A program made the translations under genes and the position numbers. Below, piece after piece: positions 18,644-29,161 of a DNA stretch of 64,000 nt. Positions within the stretch are counted from its first letter, which is position 1. Each line of letters starts with the position of its first letter. This stretch comes from Vulcanimicrobiota bacterium. Lineage in GTDB: Bacteria; Vulcanimicrobiota; Vulcanimicrobiia; Vulcanimicrobiales; Vulcanimicrobiaceae. Where the stretch lies: the NCBI GenBank assembly GCA_963786105.1, contig CAWAXX010000023.1:128001-192000 (forward strand). The letters are read 5' to 3'. The notes under the pieces were generated by a model that had not been told where the DNA came from, did not search any database, and was given only the letters and a program-made list of their open reading frames with translations.

Positions 18644-20605
18644 ATGATCACCCGCGAACAAACCTTGTCGCAGATACCGGATGCGCCCGGCGTCTATCTC
18701 ATGATCGGCCGCGAGGGCGACATTCTCTATATCGGGAAAGCCGTTTCGCTCCGCAATCGCGTGCGGTCGTACTTCCAGGAAAGCGCCGCGCACCACATAC
18801 GCACCGTCGCGATGGTGGATCGGGTCGCCGACGTGCGGACCATCGTCGTCACCAACGAAGTCGAGGCCTTAATCCTCGAGGCCAATCTGATCAAGCGGCA
18901 TCAACCGCCGTTCAACGTCAGGCTTCGCGACGACAAACGCTACCCGTACCTGAAGGTGACCAACGAGCGCTATCCGCGCGTCGTCTTCACTCGAATGGTC
19001 AAAGACGACGGGGCGCGCTATTTCGGCCCGTATACCAACGCGCACGGCTTGCGCGAGCTGATCGACTTGGTGCGTCTCGTCTTTCCGCTGCGCACCTGTC
19101 GCGAACCGATCGACGGGCGGCGCAAGCGACCCTGCCTGCAATACCATATCAAGCGCTGCCTCGCGCCGTGCGTCGGCTATCAGTCCGAAACCGACTACGA
19201 CGGCATGATCGGCGAGGTTGTGCTGTTCCTGGAAGGGAAGCAAGACTCGCTGCTGGCGCGTCTGCAGAGCGAGATGACCGAAGCGGCCGAGCATTTCAAC
19301 TTTGAGGCAGCCGCGCGGCTTCGCGACCGCATCGTACACGTGCGGCGGGTCACCGAAGGTCAGAAAGTCGTATGGAAGTCGCGCCTCGACATGGATCTCG
19401 TGGCGATTGCGCGGGCTCGCGGGCAGGCATGCATGCAAGTCTTCCTGGTGCGCGGCGGCAAGTTGATCGGTCAGGAACACTTCATTCTCGACGGCGTTCA
19501 CGATCAGTCCGACTCGACCTTGATGAGCGAGTTCCTGAAGCAGTTTTATACCGCACGCACTGCAGGCGCGCCCGAAGGTAACGGCATTTCGCTTGCGCGC
19601 ATCGCCCGCGACAATCAAGCTCCCGTGCCTCTGAAGGCGCGTGCGCGCACGACTCCCGCCAACGCGAGTGCGGTCCCGAAAGAAGTGCTGACGGAGCAGC
19701 TGCCGGACGAGCGCTCGACGATCCAGACGTGGTTATCGTCGATCAAGGGGCAGCGAGTTCGGATCCTGCAACCGCTGCGGGGAGCGCGAGCCGAGTACAT
19801 GCGCCTGGTGCGCGAAAACGCCGAGCAGAATCTCAAGGCCTTTTTGGCGCATCAAGAGGTGCAGGAGACCGCGCACGCGCGCGCCCTGGCCGAACTCGCC
19901 GACGCCCTGGAGCTGCCCGAGTTGCCGCATCGCATCGAATGTTACGACGTGTCGAATATCGGAGGCACGAATCCAGTATCGTCGATGATCGTGTTCGTCG
20001 AAGGGCGAGCGAAGAAGAGCGAGTACCGAAAGTTCAAGATTCAGTACGATCGTGGGCCGAACGATTTTGCGATGATGCAGGAAACGTTGCGGCGGCGATT
20101 GCGATACTTGCGGCGTATCACCGACGAAGATCCGCCGCTCGAGCGGGAGCTGGCGCGCAAAGAGAAGTTCAGTAAGAAGCCGGATCTGCTGCTCATCGAC
20201 GGGGGCAAGGGGCAGTTGAGCGCCGTCGTCGAGGTGATGGAAGAGCTGGACATGACGGGCTTATCGGTCGCCGGCTTGGCAAAAGAGCACGAATGGCTGT
20301 ACCTGCCGGGTCAAGCCGATCCGATCGTGCTACCCCCCAATTCACCGGGGCTACACTTGGTGCAGCGCATTCGGGACGAGGCTCACCGATTCGCCGTCAC
20401 CTACCATCGGCAGCGGCGTGCGAAATCGATGACGCAGTCGGCGCTCGACGCGCTCGAAGGCATCGGGCCGGTGCGCAAGAGGCGGCTGCTGACGGCGTTC
20501 GGTTCGGCCGCTGGGATAAGACGGGCGAGCCTAGGCGAGATCGCCGCCGTCAAAGGCATGACGGCGAGCTTGGCAGCGAAGGTAAAACAGGCGCTCGACT
20601 CCTGA
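18644..20605 (+). CDS. uvrC: Excinuclease ABC subunit C
   Basis: PGVYLM..YIGKA GIY-YIG, RIECYDVS, IDGGKGQL, RDEAHRFA, HhH; start at ATG 18644. Confidence 0.97.
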   Translation: MITREQTLSQIPDAPGVYLMIGREGDILYIGKAVSLRNRVRSYFQESAAHHIRTVAMVDRVADVRTIVVTNEVEALILEANLIKRHQPPFNVRLRDDKRYPYLKVTNERYPRVVFTRMVKDDGARYFGPYTNAHGLRELIDLVRLVFPLRTCREPIDGRRKRPCLQYHIKRCLAPCVGYQSETDYDGMIGEVVLFLEGKQDSLLARLQSEMTEAAEHFNFEAAARLRDRIVHVRRVTEGQKVVWKSRLDMDLVAIARARGQACMQVFLVRGGKLIGQEHFILDGVHDQSDSTLMSEFLKQFYTARTAGAPEGNGISLARIARDNQAPVPLKARARTTPANASAVPKEVLTEQLPDERSTIQTWLSSIKGQRVRILQPLRGARAEYMRLVRENAEQNLKAFLAHQEVQETAHARALAELADALELPELPHRIECYDVSNIGGTNPVSSMIVFVEGRAKKSEYRKFKIQYDRGPNDFAMMQETLRRRLRYLRRITDEDPPLERELARKEKFSKKPDLLLIDGGKGQLSAVVEVMEELDMTGLSVAGLAKEHEWLYLPGQADPIVLPPNSPGLHLVQRIRDEAHRFAVTYHRQRRAKSMTQSALDALEGIGPVRKRRLLTAFGSAAGIRRASLGEIAAVKGMTASLAAKVKQALDS

Positions 20606-20668
20606 GGGACGAAGGGTTTCGGCAATTCCACTGCTTCTTGGAATTCGCGAGAAGAAAGGGGAGAACCG

Positions 20669-21037
20669 TTGCATTTACTCTTTCGGTTCATCGTCAACGC
20701 GATTGCGTTGTACCTCATTGCCAAGTACGTTCCGGGCTTCAATCACGACGCGGGCATTTGGACGGCAGTAATCGCCGCCATCATCTTCGGACTCGTCAAC
20801 GCCGTGATCGGGCCAATCCTGCGTCTCATCACGCTTCCTTTGACGGTGGTGACGCTCGGATTGTTCTCGTTCGTGGTCAACTACATACTCTTTGCCCTCA
20901 CCGTCTGGATCACGCCCGGTCTTCATACGACCGGCGAGATCAACCCGTGGCTGGCAAATCTCTACGGCGCGATTATCATGACGATCGTTTCGACGATTAT
21001 GCATCAGACGTCGCGCTCCGAAGCGTCCGCAGCTTAG
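20669..21037 (+). CDS. YvlD/DUF360 (phage-holin-4 family) membrane protein
   Basis: GLVNAVIGPILRLITLPLTVVTLGLFSFVVN. Confidence 0.9.
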   Translation: MHLLFRFIVNAIALYLIAKYVPGFNHDAGIWTAVIAAIIFGLVNAVIGPILRLITLPLTVVTLGLFSFVVNYILFALTVWITPGLHTTGEINPWLANLYGAIIMTIVSTIMHQTSRSEASAA

Positions 21038-21182
21038 GGAGCCCAGATTTATCCCAGCTCGTCGTTGCCAAGGCTCGCGTTTGCCAAAGTAAACGTCGGG
21101 CCTTGACTCCTCGAGCTGGAAAAATCCGCCCTCCCCGAAACCCTTGCTCCCGTCAAGGGAGTTATGTAGCTGGCACGATCGA

Positions 21183-21537
21183 GGGGCTGAAATAGGTTCG
21201 ACAGGAAGGTCCGCGGTCGGCGTCAGCAGGCGGAGTTGCGAGCACTCCTTAAACGATCGCAACGGCAATATCTGCCAACAATCAATACGCACTGGCTGCC
21301 TAATCTAGGTTAGTCACCGGACGCGGAGGGTCGGCCCGAGCCGCTCCGCATTCCGGCCGAAAACTCGGGCTGGTACGCGCACCTGATCCGACGCGCGTGC
21401 GAGATCAAGGATCTGCGGCGAACGGCAAGCCCCGCTTTGAGGCGTCCGCTCGAACAAGCAAAAATCAGAGCTGAGCCTGGAGAACGCGCCGGTTAGGCTT
21501 CTTGGACTCGGGGGGCAGCACCCCGACAGCTCCACCA
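21183..21537 (+). ncRNA. ssrA: tmRNA, tag ANNQYALAA
   Basis: GGGGCTG..TTCGAC 5' end; CAGCTCCACCA 3' end with G3-U pair; tag ORF 21274-21303. Confidence 0.96.
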
Positions 21538-21558
21538 CTTTACTCGGACGTTTGCATC

Positions 21559-21591
21559 AAAAAAGAAACCGCTCGTCGCGGTTTCTTTTTT
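21559..21591. terminator. Bidirectional intrinsic terminator
   Basis: AAAAAAGAAACCGC-TCGTC-GCGGTTTCTTTTTT between ssrA and a convergent gene. Confidence 0.88.
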
Positions 21592-21606
21592 GATGTCGGG
21601 GTACCC

Positions 21607-22569
21607 TTAGACCGGCGGCGGTGCCGCCGCCGACGGTTTGGGTGGTCCGTTCAGCGGTATCAGATCCAGCGTAACGGTGTCGAGCCGGTACGAACCCTCG
21701 CCGACGTTACTGTTCGGATTCGCGCATACGACGCTGTTCTCAGGTCCGTAGACGACGACGAGACCCGCCGGCCCGCACTGCGTCTGCGTCAACTGATACG
21801 TCGTCAAAAAGCTCGCGCCGGGAGTGTCGGGCTGCACCTCATAGGAGTTATAGGTGACCTCGTCTTCGACGATCGATCCGTAAACCGCCGCCGACGTTGC
21901 GCCGATCGCCATCGCCCCCCAGAAACCGCCGCCCCAATAGTACGGCGCTGGAGCCCACATCATCCCACCGTTCCAACCGTAATATCCGCCGCCGCCGTAC
22001 ACCGGATTGTTGATGATGGTATTTCCGCCTCCGCCGTTGATCACGTTGTTGCCGCCTCCGCCGCTGGGGCGGTTCGCGCCACCTGCGCCTCCGGGGCGTC
22101 CTGCTCCACCGGCTCCGCCGGGTCCACCGACGCCGCCCGGACCACCAGGACGTCCAGCGCCGCCGGGACCACCGGCGCCGCCCGGACCACCAGGACGTCC
22201 AGCTCCGCCGGCACCGCCGACGCCACCGGCACCACCAACGCCGCCTGGCCGTCCGACGCCGCCCGGACCTCCGGGCCCTCCGGTTCCGGGAAGCGGGTTG
22301 GGTCGCTGTGCCATGCCGGGGCGGCCGCCGCCCCCGCCGCGCGAAAAGTCCGAACCGCCGAGATTGAACCCTCCGCCGCCTCCGCGTGCGCCGCCGCCGC
22401 CGCCGCGCGACATTCCGCCGCCGCCGCCGCCGCGCGACATTCCGCCACCGCGCGCGCCGCCTCCGCCGCGTCCGCCGCCGCCGCCGCGTCCTCCGCCACG
22501 TTGCGCGTCGGCCGTAACGCACATTTGAAACGTCAAAACGAGGGTCAGAAAGATCGTAAGATATCTCAT
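21607..22569 (-). CDS. Secreted glycine-rich repeat protein
   Basis: Signal peptide, RGGGG and GGPGG(A/V)G repeats, C-terminal globular region with two Cys. Confidence 0.75.
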   Translation of the reverse strand: MRYLTIFLTLVLTFQMCVTADAQRGGGRGGGGGRGGGGARGGGMSRGGGGGGMSRGGGGGARGGGGGFNLGGSDFSRGGGGGRPGMAQRPNPLPGTGGPGGPGGVGRPGGVGGAGGVGGAGGAGRPGGPGGAGGPGGAGRPGGPGGVGGPGGAGGAGRPGGAGGANRPSGGGGNNVINGGGGNTIINNPVYGGGGYYGWNGGMMWAPAPYYWGGGFWGAMAIGATSAAVYGSIVEDEVTYNSYEVQPDTPGASFLTTYQLTQTQCGPAGLVVVYGPENSVVCANPNSNVGEGSYRLDTVTLDLIPLNGPPKPSAAAPPPV

Positions 22570-23024
22570 TGCTTTATCACCTGATCGATGCGCCCGCGAA
22601 CGCTAATGACGGTGCCGTTTCTAGTCGACAATGCGAGCAAAATGCTGTGCGGTGGGAGCTTCGCCGAAGATCGCGAGAGCGGTTGTGGCGCGTCGTCATA
22701 GTTCAAGTAAATGGTACCGCTTTTGAGATTCAGCGCGCGACTCGCGCCGTTTTGCACGAGAGCCGCCGACGTCGGCAGGCAGACGATGATTTTCCCTTGG
22801 TACGAGCACGCGGCGCGGTCGACCACGATCGTCCCATCCCCGTCTTCCGACGTTAAAAAGAGCGAGCCGGAAAATACTCGAACGTCGACGTCGTTGTAGC
22901 TGTCCCGGGTGCCGTCCGTATGATGGATCGTGATCGTGCCGGTGGCTTTTGCTGAGGCCGAACTCGCGGCAAAGCAAACGGCGACAGCTAATATCGCTAT
23001 AACGCCCCTTGGCGATAGGAACAT
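22566..23024 (-). CDS. Hypothetical secreted protein
   Basis: AGGAGG RBS, signal peptide, ATGA overlap with the next gene. Confidence 0.7.
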   Translation of the reverse strand: MFLSPRGVIAILAVAVCFAASSASAKATGTITIHHTDGTRDSYNDVDVRVFSGSLFLTSEDGDGTIVVDRAACSYQGKIIVCLPTSAALVQNGASRALNLKSGTIYLNYDDAPQPLSRSSAKLPPHSILLALSTRNGTVISVRGRIDQVIKQ

Positions 23025-23170
23025 CGTATAAGATCCTCCTTGGAAAGCCCGTCCTTTCGCATTTCTGCGTGAAAACCTCGGGAGGCTAGCGCGCCTTCTT
23101 CCCAAAACTTGCCACTGCGGCCCCAGGATTGGCACGACAAACTATGCTTGACTTCGTGGAGCGAGGCTCG

Positions 23171-25909
23171 ATGGCGAAGGCGGTTCCCTCTCTCGATAAA
23201 CGAGAAACCGACAGACTCGCGCAGGCGCGGTCGAACGGCGTGCCTTGGAAGAAGTGGGGTCCTTACTTGAGCGAGCGGCAGTGGGGGACCGTTCGCGAAG
23301 ATTACAGCGAGGACGGCAGTGCGTGGGATTATTTCCCGCACGACCACGCGCGTTCGCGTGCCTACCGCCGTGGCGAGGACGGTATCGCCGGCTTCTCGGA
23401 CGACAAGCAGCAACTTTGCTTTGCCGTAGCGTTCTGGAATGGCCGGGATCCGATCCTTAAGGAGCGGCTTTTCGGGCTTACCAATTCCGAGGGCAACCAC
23501 GGCGAGGACGTCAAGGAGTACTATTACTACCTCGACTCGACGCCGACGCACTCGTACATGAAATACTTGTACAAGTACCCGCAGGCCGCCTACCCCTACG
23601 CCGAGCTCGTCGCAACCAATCGAAGCCGGTCTCGAAGCGATCCCGAGTTCGAGCTGATCGACACGGGCATTTTTGACGACGATCGCTACTTCGACATATT
23701 CGTAGAATACGCTAAAGCAGAACCGGAAGACGTCGTCATCCGGATCGTCGTTGCGAATCGCGGCGAAGACGCTGCGGAGTTGCACGTTCTGCCGACGCTA
23801 TGGTTTCGCAACACGTGGAGTTGGAAACCGGGAATCGCGAAGCCCTCGATCGCGCGCGCCGAAGATGGCGATGGTGGTGTGGTCGCGCGGCACGAGAGAT
23901 TGGGTGAATTCCGGCTCGTCTGTGACGAGGACGTGCCCTTCCTTTTTACCGAAAATGAAACGAACGACGAGCGCCTCTTCGGCAGGCCGAACAAATCTCG
24001 GTTCGTCAAGGACGGCATCGATAACGCGATCGTGCACGGCGATGCCGGCGCGGTGAACGCCGAGGGTGGAACGAAAGCCGCGGCGCACTACGCGATCTCG
24101 GTCGAAGGAAAATCGGAAAGAGTCGTCCGGTTGCGGATGACCGCAAAGAAAGCGGCTCGCAACGCTGCGGCCGCCCAAGCCGTGGATCGCATTTTCCGCG
24201 ACCGTATCGCCGAGGCGGACGCATTTTACGCCCCGCTTACCAGCGGCTTGAGTGCCGACGAGGCACTCGTGATGCGCCAGTCTCTTGCCGGCATGCTATG
24301 GTCCAAGCAATACTACAATTTCGACGTCGGCGAGTGGCTAAGGGAGCGCGGCTACGGCAGCAGTAGAGAGAAGAACCGGCGCCGTTCTAGGAACGACGAG
24401 TGGTCCCACATGATTAACGACGACGTTATCTCGATGCCCGACAAGTGGGAATATCCGTGGTATGCGGCCTGGGACCTTGCCTTTCACACGATTCCACTGG
24501 CGTTGGTCGATGCGGATTTCGCGAAATCGCAGTTGGATCTGATCCTGCGCGAATTGTACCTTCACCCGAACGGCCAGCTCCCTGCCTACGAATGGAACTT
24601 CGGCGACGTCAATCCCCCCGTGCACGCCTTTGCGGTGAAACTCGTCTACGATATCGAGAAAGCTAAGAACGGGAAAGGAGACGCGACGTTCTTGGTACGA
24701 GCGTTCGAAAAGCTATGCCTCAACTTTACGTGGTGGGTCAATAGGAAAGACCAAGACGGGAACAGCGTATTCGAAGGCGGCTTTCTCGGGCTGGACAATA
24801 TCGGCGTCTTCGACCGGAGCTCGCCGCTTCCAACCGGTGGCACGCTCGAGCAGGCGGACGGCACGGCGTGGATGCTCTTCTACGCGCTGAGCATGTTCGA
24901 AATTGCGTGCGAGCTCGCGGCACTCGAGCCTGGCTTTACCGATATGGTCCTGAAATTTGCCGAGCACGCCCTATGGATCGCCCTCGCCGTGCGAGGCTCG
25001 TACGGCGCGGAGGGTTCGATGTGGGACGACGAAGACGGATTCTTCTACGACGTCTTGCGTTTGCCCGATGGGTCTGCGACCACTCTGCGAGTTCGCTCGC
25101 TCGTCGGTTTGATCCCGATGGCGGCGGTCATGGCGGTCGATCGAAAACTCGTAGAGCACGTCCCCTCCGCGGTCGAGCGGTTCAGGGAGAGAATCCGGCA
25201 CAATCCGGAACTAGCGACGTATTTCCCAAACGTCGGGAAGACCGGAGCGAACGGAACGTCGATATTTTCCCTCGCCGATCGAACGGTACTGTCGCGCATT
25301 CTCTCGCGTATGCTCGACGAGGCGGAGTTTTGGAGTCCTTACGGCATACGCTCGCTGTCCCGCTACCACCTCGAACACCCTTACGCGTTCAACGTGTCCG
25401 GAACGGAATATCGGGTGCAATACCGGCCTGCCGAATCCGATTCGGGACTCTTCGGCGGAAACTCGAACTGGCGCGGTCCGATATGGATGCCGATAAACGC
25501 CATCATCGTGCGAGCACTGTTCCAATACTATCGATTTTTCGGCGACGATTTCAAGATCGCGTGCCCGACGGGCTCCGGGCGCGAAATGACGCTCTTCGAA
25601 ATAGGGCAAGAGCTGATCGATCGTCTTACGCGCACCTTTCTGCGCGACGAGAGCGGACGACGCCCCGTCTTCGGCGGTGCGCGTAAATTCCAAGAGGACC
25701 CGCATTGGCGCGACAACCTGCTGTTTTACGAGTACTTCCACGGCGATAACGGGGCCGGCATCGGTGCGAGCCATCAAACGGGCTGGAGCGGGCTCATCGC
25801 GTATTTGATCCGCGCTCGGCACGACTTGAAGGCAGAAGACTGGCTCGAGCGAGGACGGAACGCCGTTACGAGCCGGATTGCGGGGAGCGCGGCCGGATCG
25901 ACTCGGTAG
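23171..25909 (+). CDS. GH63/MGH1-like glucosidase
   Basis: [45 protein letters not shown]. Confidence 0.92.
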   Translation: MAKAVPSLDKRETDRLAQARSNGVPWKKWGPYLSERQWGTVREDYSEDGSAWDYFPHDHARSRAYRRGEDGIAGFSDDKQQLCFAVAFWNGRDPILKERLFGLTNSEGNHGEDVKEYYYYLDSTPTHSYMKYLYKYPQAAYPYAELVATNRSRSRSDPEFELIDTGIFDDDRYFDIFVEYAKAEPEDVVIRIVVANRGEDAAELHVLPTLWFRNTWSWKPGIAKPSIARAEDGDGGVVARHERLGEFRLVCDEDVPFLFTENETNDERLFGRPNKSRFVKDGIDNAIVHGDAGAVNAEGGTKAAAHYAISVEGKSERVVRLRMTAKKAARNAAAAQAVDRIFRDRIAEADAFYAPLTSGLSADEALVMRQSLAGMLWSKQYYNFDVGEWLRERGYGSSREKNRRRSRNDEWSHMINDDVISMPDKWEYPWYAAWDLAFHTIPLALVDADFAKSQLDLILRELYLHPNGQLPAYEWNFGDVNPPVHAFAVKLVYDIEKAKNGKGDATFLVRAFEKLCLNFTWWVNRKDQDGNSVFEGGFLGLDNIGVFDRSSPLPTGGTLEQADGTAWMLFYALSMFEIACELAALEPGFTDMVLKFAEHALWIALAVRGSYGAEGSMWDDEDGFFYDVLRLPDGSATTLRVRSLVGLIPMAAVMAVDRKLVEHVPSAVERFRERIRHNPELATYFPNVGKTGANGTSIFSLADRTVLSRILSRMLDEAEFWSPYGIRSLSRYHLEHPYAFNVSGTEYRVQYRPAESDSGLFGGNSNWRGPIWMPINAIIVRALFQYYRFFGDDFKIACPTGSGREMTLFEIGQELIDRLTRTFLRDESGRRPVFGGARKFQEDPHWRDNLLFYEYFHGDNGAGIGASHQTGWSGLIAYLIRARHDLKAEDWLERGRNAVTSRIAGSAAGSTR

Positions 25910-26488
25910 TCATCGGCGATCGATCGATCGCTCGATGCGGCGATCCGGAACCAGCCAGATCGCGGCGACCGCGGCGTACAACGCTTGCGCCACCCAGTTG
26001 TTGACGAACGCCAAACCGATGGCCACCGCGTATAGGCCCAGCGACATGCGGCCCTTAAGGTCGCTTCCGATCGCTCGCGCCAAGACCGAGTCCGCGCCGT
26101 TTGCGGCGACCAGAGCGCCCTGGAGGATGATATACGCGACGGCGGCCAGTGTCAGTACGCATCCGTACACGGCAGTCGGAACGGCGGCGAAATGATTTTC
26201 ACCCATCCAGGCCGTGGTAAACGGGATCAGCGACAGCCAGAAGAGCAGGTGCAGATTGCACCACAGCGTTCGTCCGTCGATTCGGTCGGCTGCGTAGACC
26301 AAATGGTGGTGATTGTTCCAATATATGCCGAGATAGATGAAGCTCAGCACGTAAACCGAGAATATGGGAAGGTTGGCGCGCAGGGCACCTAAGTCCACAC
26401 CGTGCGGCACTTTCATCTCGAGCACCATGATCGTAATGATTACGGCCATGACGCCGTCGCTGAACGCCTCCATCCGGCCTTTGTTCAC
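25910..26488 (-). CDS. TMEM175-family (DUF1211) K+ channel
   Basis: RMEAFSDGVMAVIITIMVLE (RxxxFSD), YWNNHH; GTG start overlapping the AraC stop. Confidence 0.92.
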   Translation of the reverse strand: MNKGRMEAFSDGVMAVIITIMVLEMKVPHGVDLGALRANLPIFSVYVLSFIYLGIYWNNHHHLVYAADRIDGRTLWCNLHLLFWLSLIPFTTAWMGENHFAAVPTAVYGCVLTLAAVAYIILQGALVAANGADSVLARAIGSDLKGRMSLGLYAVAIGLAFVNNWVAQALYAAVAAIWLVPDRRIERSIDRR

Positions 26489-27360
26489 GACGACAGGCGC
26501 TGCGTTGATTTCGCGTGTAACGTTTCCGACGGCGTCTCGCCAAACAGGTAACGATAGTCGGACGAGAAGTGGCCCATGTGCCAAAAGCCGTGATCGGCCG
26601 CAACGTCAAAAATGGAGATTCGCAGAGGTTCGCTCTCACGCAGTGCCGTTTGGGCCCGATTCAATCGCAGAATTTTCAAATATCGAATCGGGCTCATCCC
26701 GTAAAGTTTGTTAAAGTAGTTGAGAAGCGTTCGGCGGTGGCAACCTATTCCGCGGCAGATCTCGTTCAGCCCGATGTCGTCGTCGACGTGAGACCACATG
26801 TATCGCTCCGCGGCGCGGGCCATGTCTCGACCGTTTTGGTGTTTAGCCGCCCCGTTCCGAACGCGCAACGCGCGGTCGATCGTGAGGCCGATCGAAGCGA
26901 TTAAGCGGCATTCGGTCGCGGCCGCCTGCAGCCCGATGGGCTCGGACTCCTCGAGGACGTCTGCGACCCGCGACTGCAAGTCTGACGCCGACGGATCGCC
27001 GGCGGGCATCATGGCAACCCACTCGTCACCGGGTCTCAAGCCGGCCGCTCGCCACAACATCGGCACCCTCCGCGCTTCGAACTCTACGAGGGTAAGGATG
27101 AAAGCCTGATCGGAGCAGATTTCGGCCGTCCCGCGGATGACGGCCACGCGATGCTTGAGCCACAACTCGCCATTGAGCCGGGCGACGCCGCGCTGCCTCG
27201 GAAGGAACGCCAGCACGACGTGCGACTCACGAGATTCGATCGTTCCCCGGACGCCGACGTTGTAGACGTCCTGCCGCAAACGCACCGAACGAACGTCGAC
27301 CTGTTTGGAAGTGCCGGCGAGCAGTCCCGGGGCGAGTTGTACGATGCCGCTGAGGTTCAC
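26485..27360 (-). CDS. AraC-family regulator (EutR-like HTH)
   Basis: GMSPIRYLKILRLN..GFWHMGHFSSDYRYLFGETPSETL; start inferred from a GTGA overlap. Confidence 0.85.
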   Translation of the reverse strand: MNLSGIVQLAPGLLAGTSKQVDVRSVRLRQDVYNVGVRGTIESRESHVVLAFLPRQRGVARLNGELWLKHRVAVIRGTAEICSDQAFILTLVEFEARRVPMLWRAAGLRPGDEWVAMMPAGDPSASDLQSRVADVLEESEPIGLQAAATECRLIASIGLTIDRALRVRNGAAKHQNGRDMARAAERYMWSHVDDDIGLNEICRGIGCHRRTLLNYFNKLYGMSPIRYLKILRLNRAQTALRESEPLRISIFDVAADHGFWHMGHFSSDYRYLFGETPSETLHAKSTQRLSS

Positions 27361-28025
27361 GCGCGTTCCTGTATGCGGCACGGGTATGCGGTAGCTGCGG
27401 CCACCGCCTCGAATGCGGACGTTACGTGAAGGTCGGCTCCGCTCCGCCGCCACCGCAACGATTGGGCGTCGGTTCCGGCTCCACCCACGATCACCAGCGG
27501 CGCTGGGATCGCACGTTTGGCGCGAACCCGCTCAACGGCGCACGTCAGGGTCAGCGCTCCCTCGGAACTGGTGGCGAAGAGAATGAGGACTGCGGGACTG
27601 CTCTGATCGAGCACGCATTCAAAGTCCTCGAGGCTGATATTGGGGCCAAGGTGACACGCGTCGTATCCATCGATCGCAAGAAGGGCTGCGGCGATCCGAA
27701 CCTGCAGTTGCGGAGCTTGCGCGCCGAACGAAGCGCATAACGCGAATCCGTTCGATACCGGCGTCCGCAGCAACGCAGGTTCGAAGAGGGACATGATACG
27801 TTCGGTCGCGTGGGCGACGAATTGAAACCGGGCCGCGCTCAGCGTGCCGCGCGCGTGCCGGCGGCCGGCCTCGTCGAGCGCGGCCGCCAAGATGTCGGTG
27901 TAAATCGATCGGATCGGGATTCCCAGGTCGTGCTGGAGCCAAACGAACCGCCTGGCTTCGGTTTCGCGCCGGTTTCCGAGCAACTCGAGATACGAATACG
28001 CTGCTGAGTCCAACGTGTCGGCCAT
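27357..28025 (-). CDS. Degenerate cobalamin-binding-fold protein
   Basis: Helical cap plus Rossmann elements (GYDACHLGPNI, VIVGG); the His ligand motif is absent. Confidence 0.6.
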   Translation of the reverse strand: MADTLDSAAYSYLELLGNRRETEARRFVWLQHDLGIPIRSIYTDILAAALDEAGRRHARGTLSAARFQFVAHATERIMSLFEPALLRTPVSNGFALCASFGAQAPQLQVRIAAALLAIDGYDACHLGPNISLEDFECVLDQSSPAVLILFATSSEGALTLTCAVERVRAKRAIPAPLVIVGGAGTDAQSLRWRRSGADLHVTSAFEAVAAATAYPCRIQERA

Positions 28026-28109
28026 CCCCTCCGTCCGGGCCCGCGATCTGGATCCAGGGGCACGGTAACGTACGTCCGTGAAGTTTTTTGCGAAGTACGC
28101 CTTCTCGAT

Positions 28110-28415
28110 TTACGGCTGGCCGGACCCGGCGCACGCGCGGCAATGCCCCAGCGGCGGCGAGGTTGCCTCTCCCAGTCCGTAGACTCCTTCAAACGATCGC
28201 CGGCTGGGATCGAACCTGGCTTTGAGCCAGCCGCAACGGAGGCCGGATTTCCACAACGCTACGAGCGTCCCGTTGGAGATCGAGCCGCGGACCACGCCGC
28301 GGCGTCCGAAGCGGCCGATTATGCGGTCGTCTCGCTGGATCACATGCATCACCGGCGATCCGAAAAAGGCCTTCGACTCGCCGTCGAGCCGGTAATGTCC
28401 GGTCGCGCCGCTCAT
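28110..28415 (-). CDS. Hypothetical small beta-rich protein
   Basis: Open frame with Gly/aromatic strand pattern, upstream of and co-oriented with the B12-fold gene. Confidence 0.5.
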   Translation of the reverse strand: MSGATGHYRLDGESKAFFGSPVMHVIQRDDRIIGRFGRRGVVRGSISNGTLVALWKSGLRCGWLKARFDPSRRSFEGVYGLGEATSPPLGHCRACAGSGQP

Positions 28416-28558
28416 CCTTCCAACCTGCGGCAGGGCCGCCAATTTTGCCTATCCCATAGCGGCAAATTTTCTCGTCGAGAATATCGATCGCTCGGGCGGC
28501 CTGGTTCGCTTTCGGGATAGGGTTGGTTTTCCTCGCACGATATCATTGGAGTAGGACT

Positions 28559-29108
28559 GTGTTCGCATTAATACTGGCCTTCCTCGGCACGAATGTCGAC
28601 GGCTTTCTTTGCTTGGCGGCCGCATTCGCCGTCGACCACCCCTCGGAATCGCTCCCGTGCGATTCTGGTCGCGGCCTGCGGCTTCGCGGTGCTGCTGTGC
28701 ACCTCGTACGTTGCCTCGCTCATCATCGGCCGGGTTGGGTTCAGCATCGCTTGGTTCGGGCTGCTCCCCGCGGGGATCGGCGTCGGACGTCTTCTCCGGC
28801 TGATATTGCGCGAGCGGATAGGTCGAGAGGATTGGCTTTCGAGCGGCCCCTCGATTTTCTCGATCGTCCTGGCGACCGGTGCGGATAACGTTGCGGTGTA
28901 CGCGCCGTTGTTTGCGCTGCGTTCGCTGGGGAGCGCTTGGGCCGTCGCCGCCGCCTATTTGTTCTGTTGGGTCGCCGGATGCACCGCCGTTGCGTTTGCG
29001 ACCCCATCCTTGCCGCGCATTCACGCGCTCAAACGCTACCTCGAACCGGCGTTTGCGATCCTGTTCATTGCGATCGGGATCGAAATCGCCCTCTTGAGTC
29101 GATCGTAA
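28559..29108 (+). pseudogene. CadD-family (cadmium resistance transporter) gene split by a +1 frameshift
   Basis: AFLGTNVDGFLCL in one frame; GLLPAGIG and GADNVAVYAPLF in the +1 frame; junction near CCCC 28639-28642. Confidence 0.72.
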
Positions 29109-29161
29109 CCACAACTAGCGAAGCTTCAAAGGCGCCCTAGAGCGCAGAGAGGATCTCTACC

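Noticed and set aside
20669..21037. Holin as a prophage marker
   Set aside because: The YvlD/DUF360 family is commonly chromosomal near uvr genes; no phage genes are present.
22007..22528. Pro-rich + strand ORF and Arg/Ala-rich alternative frames
   Set aside because: Mirror frames of the Gly-rich gene, which alone has a signal peptide and a coupled start.
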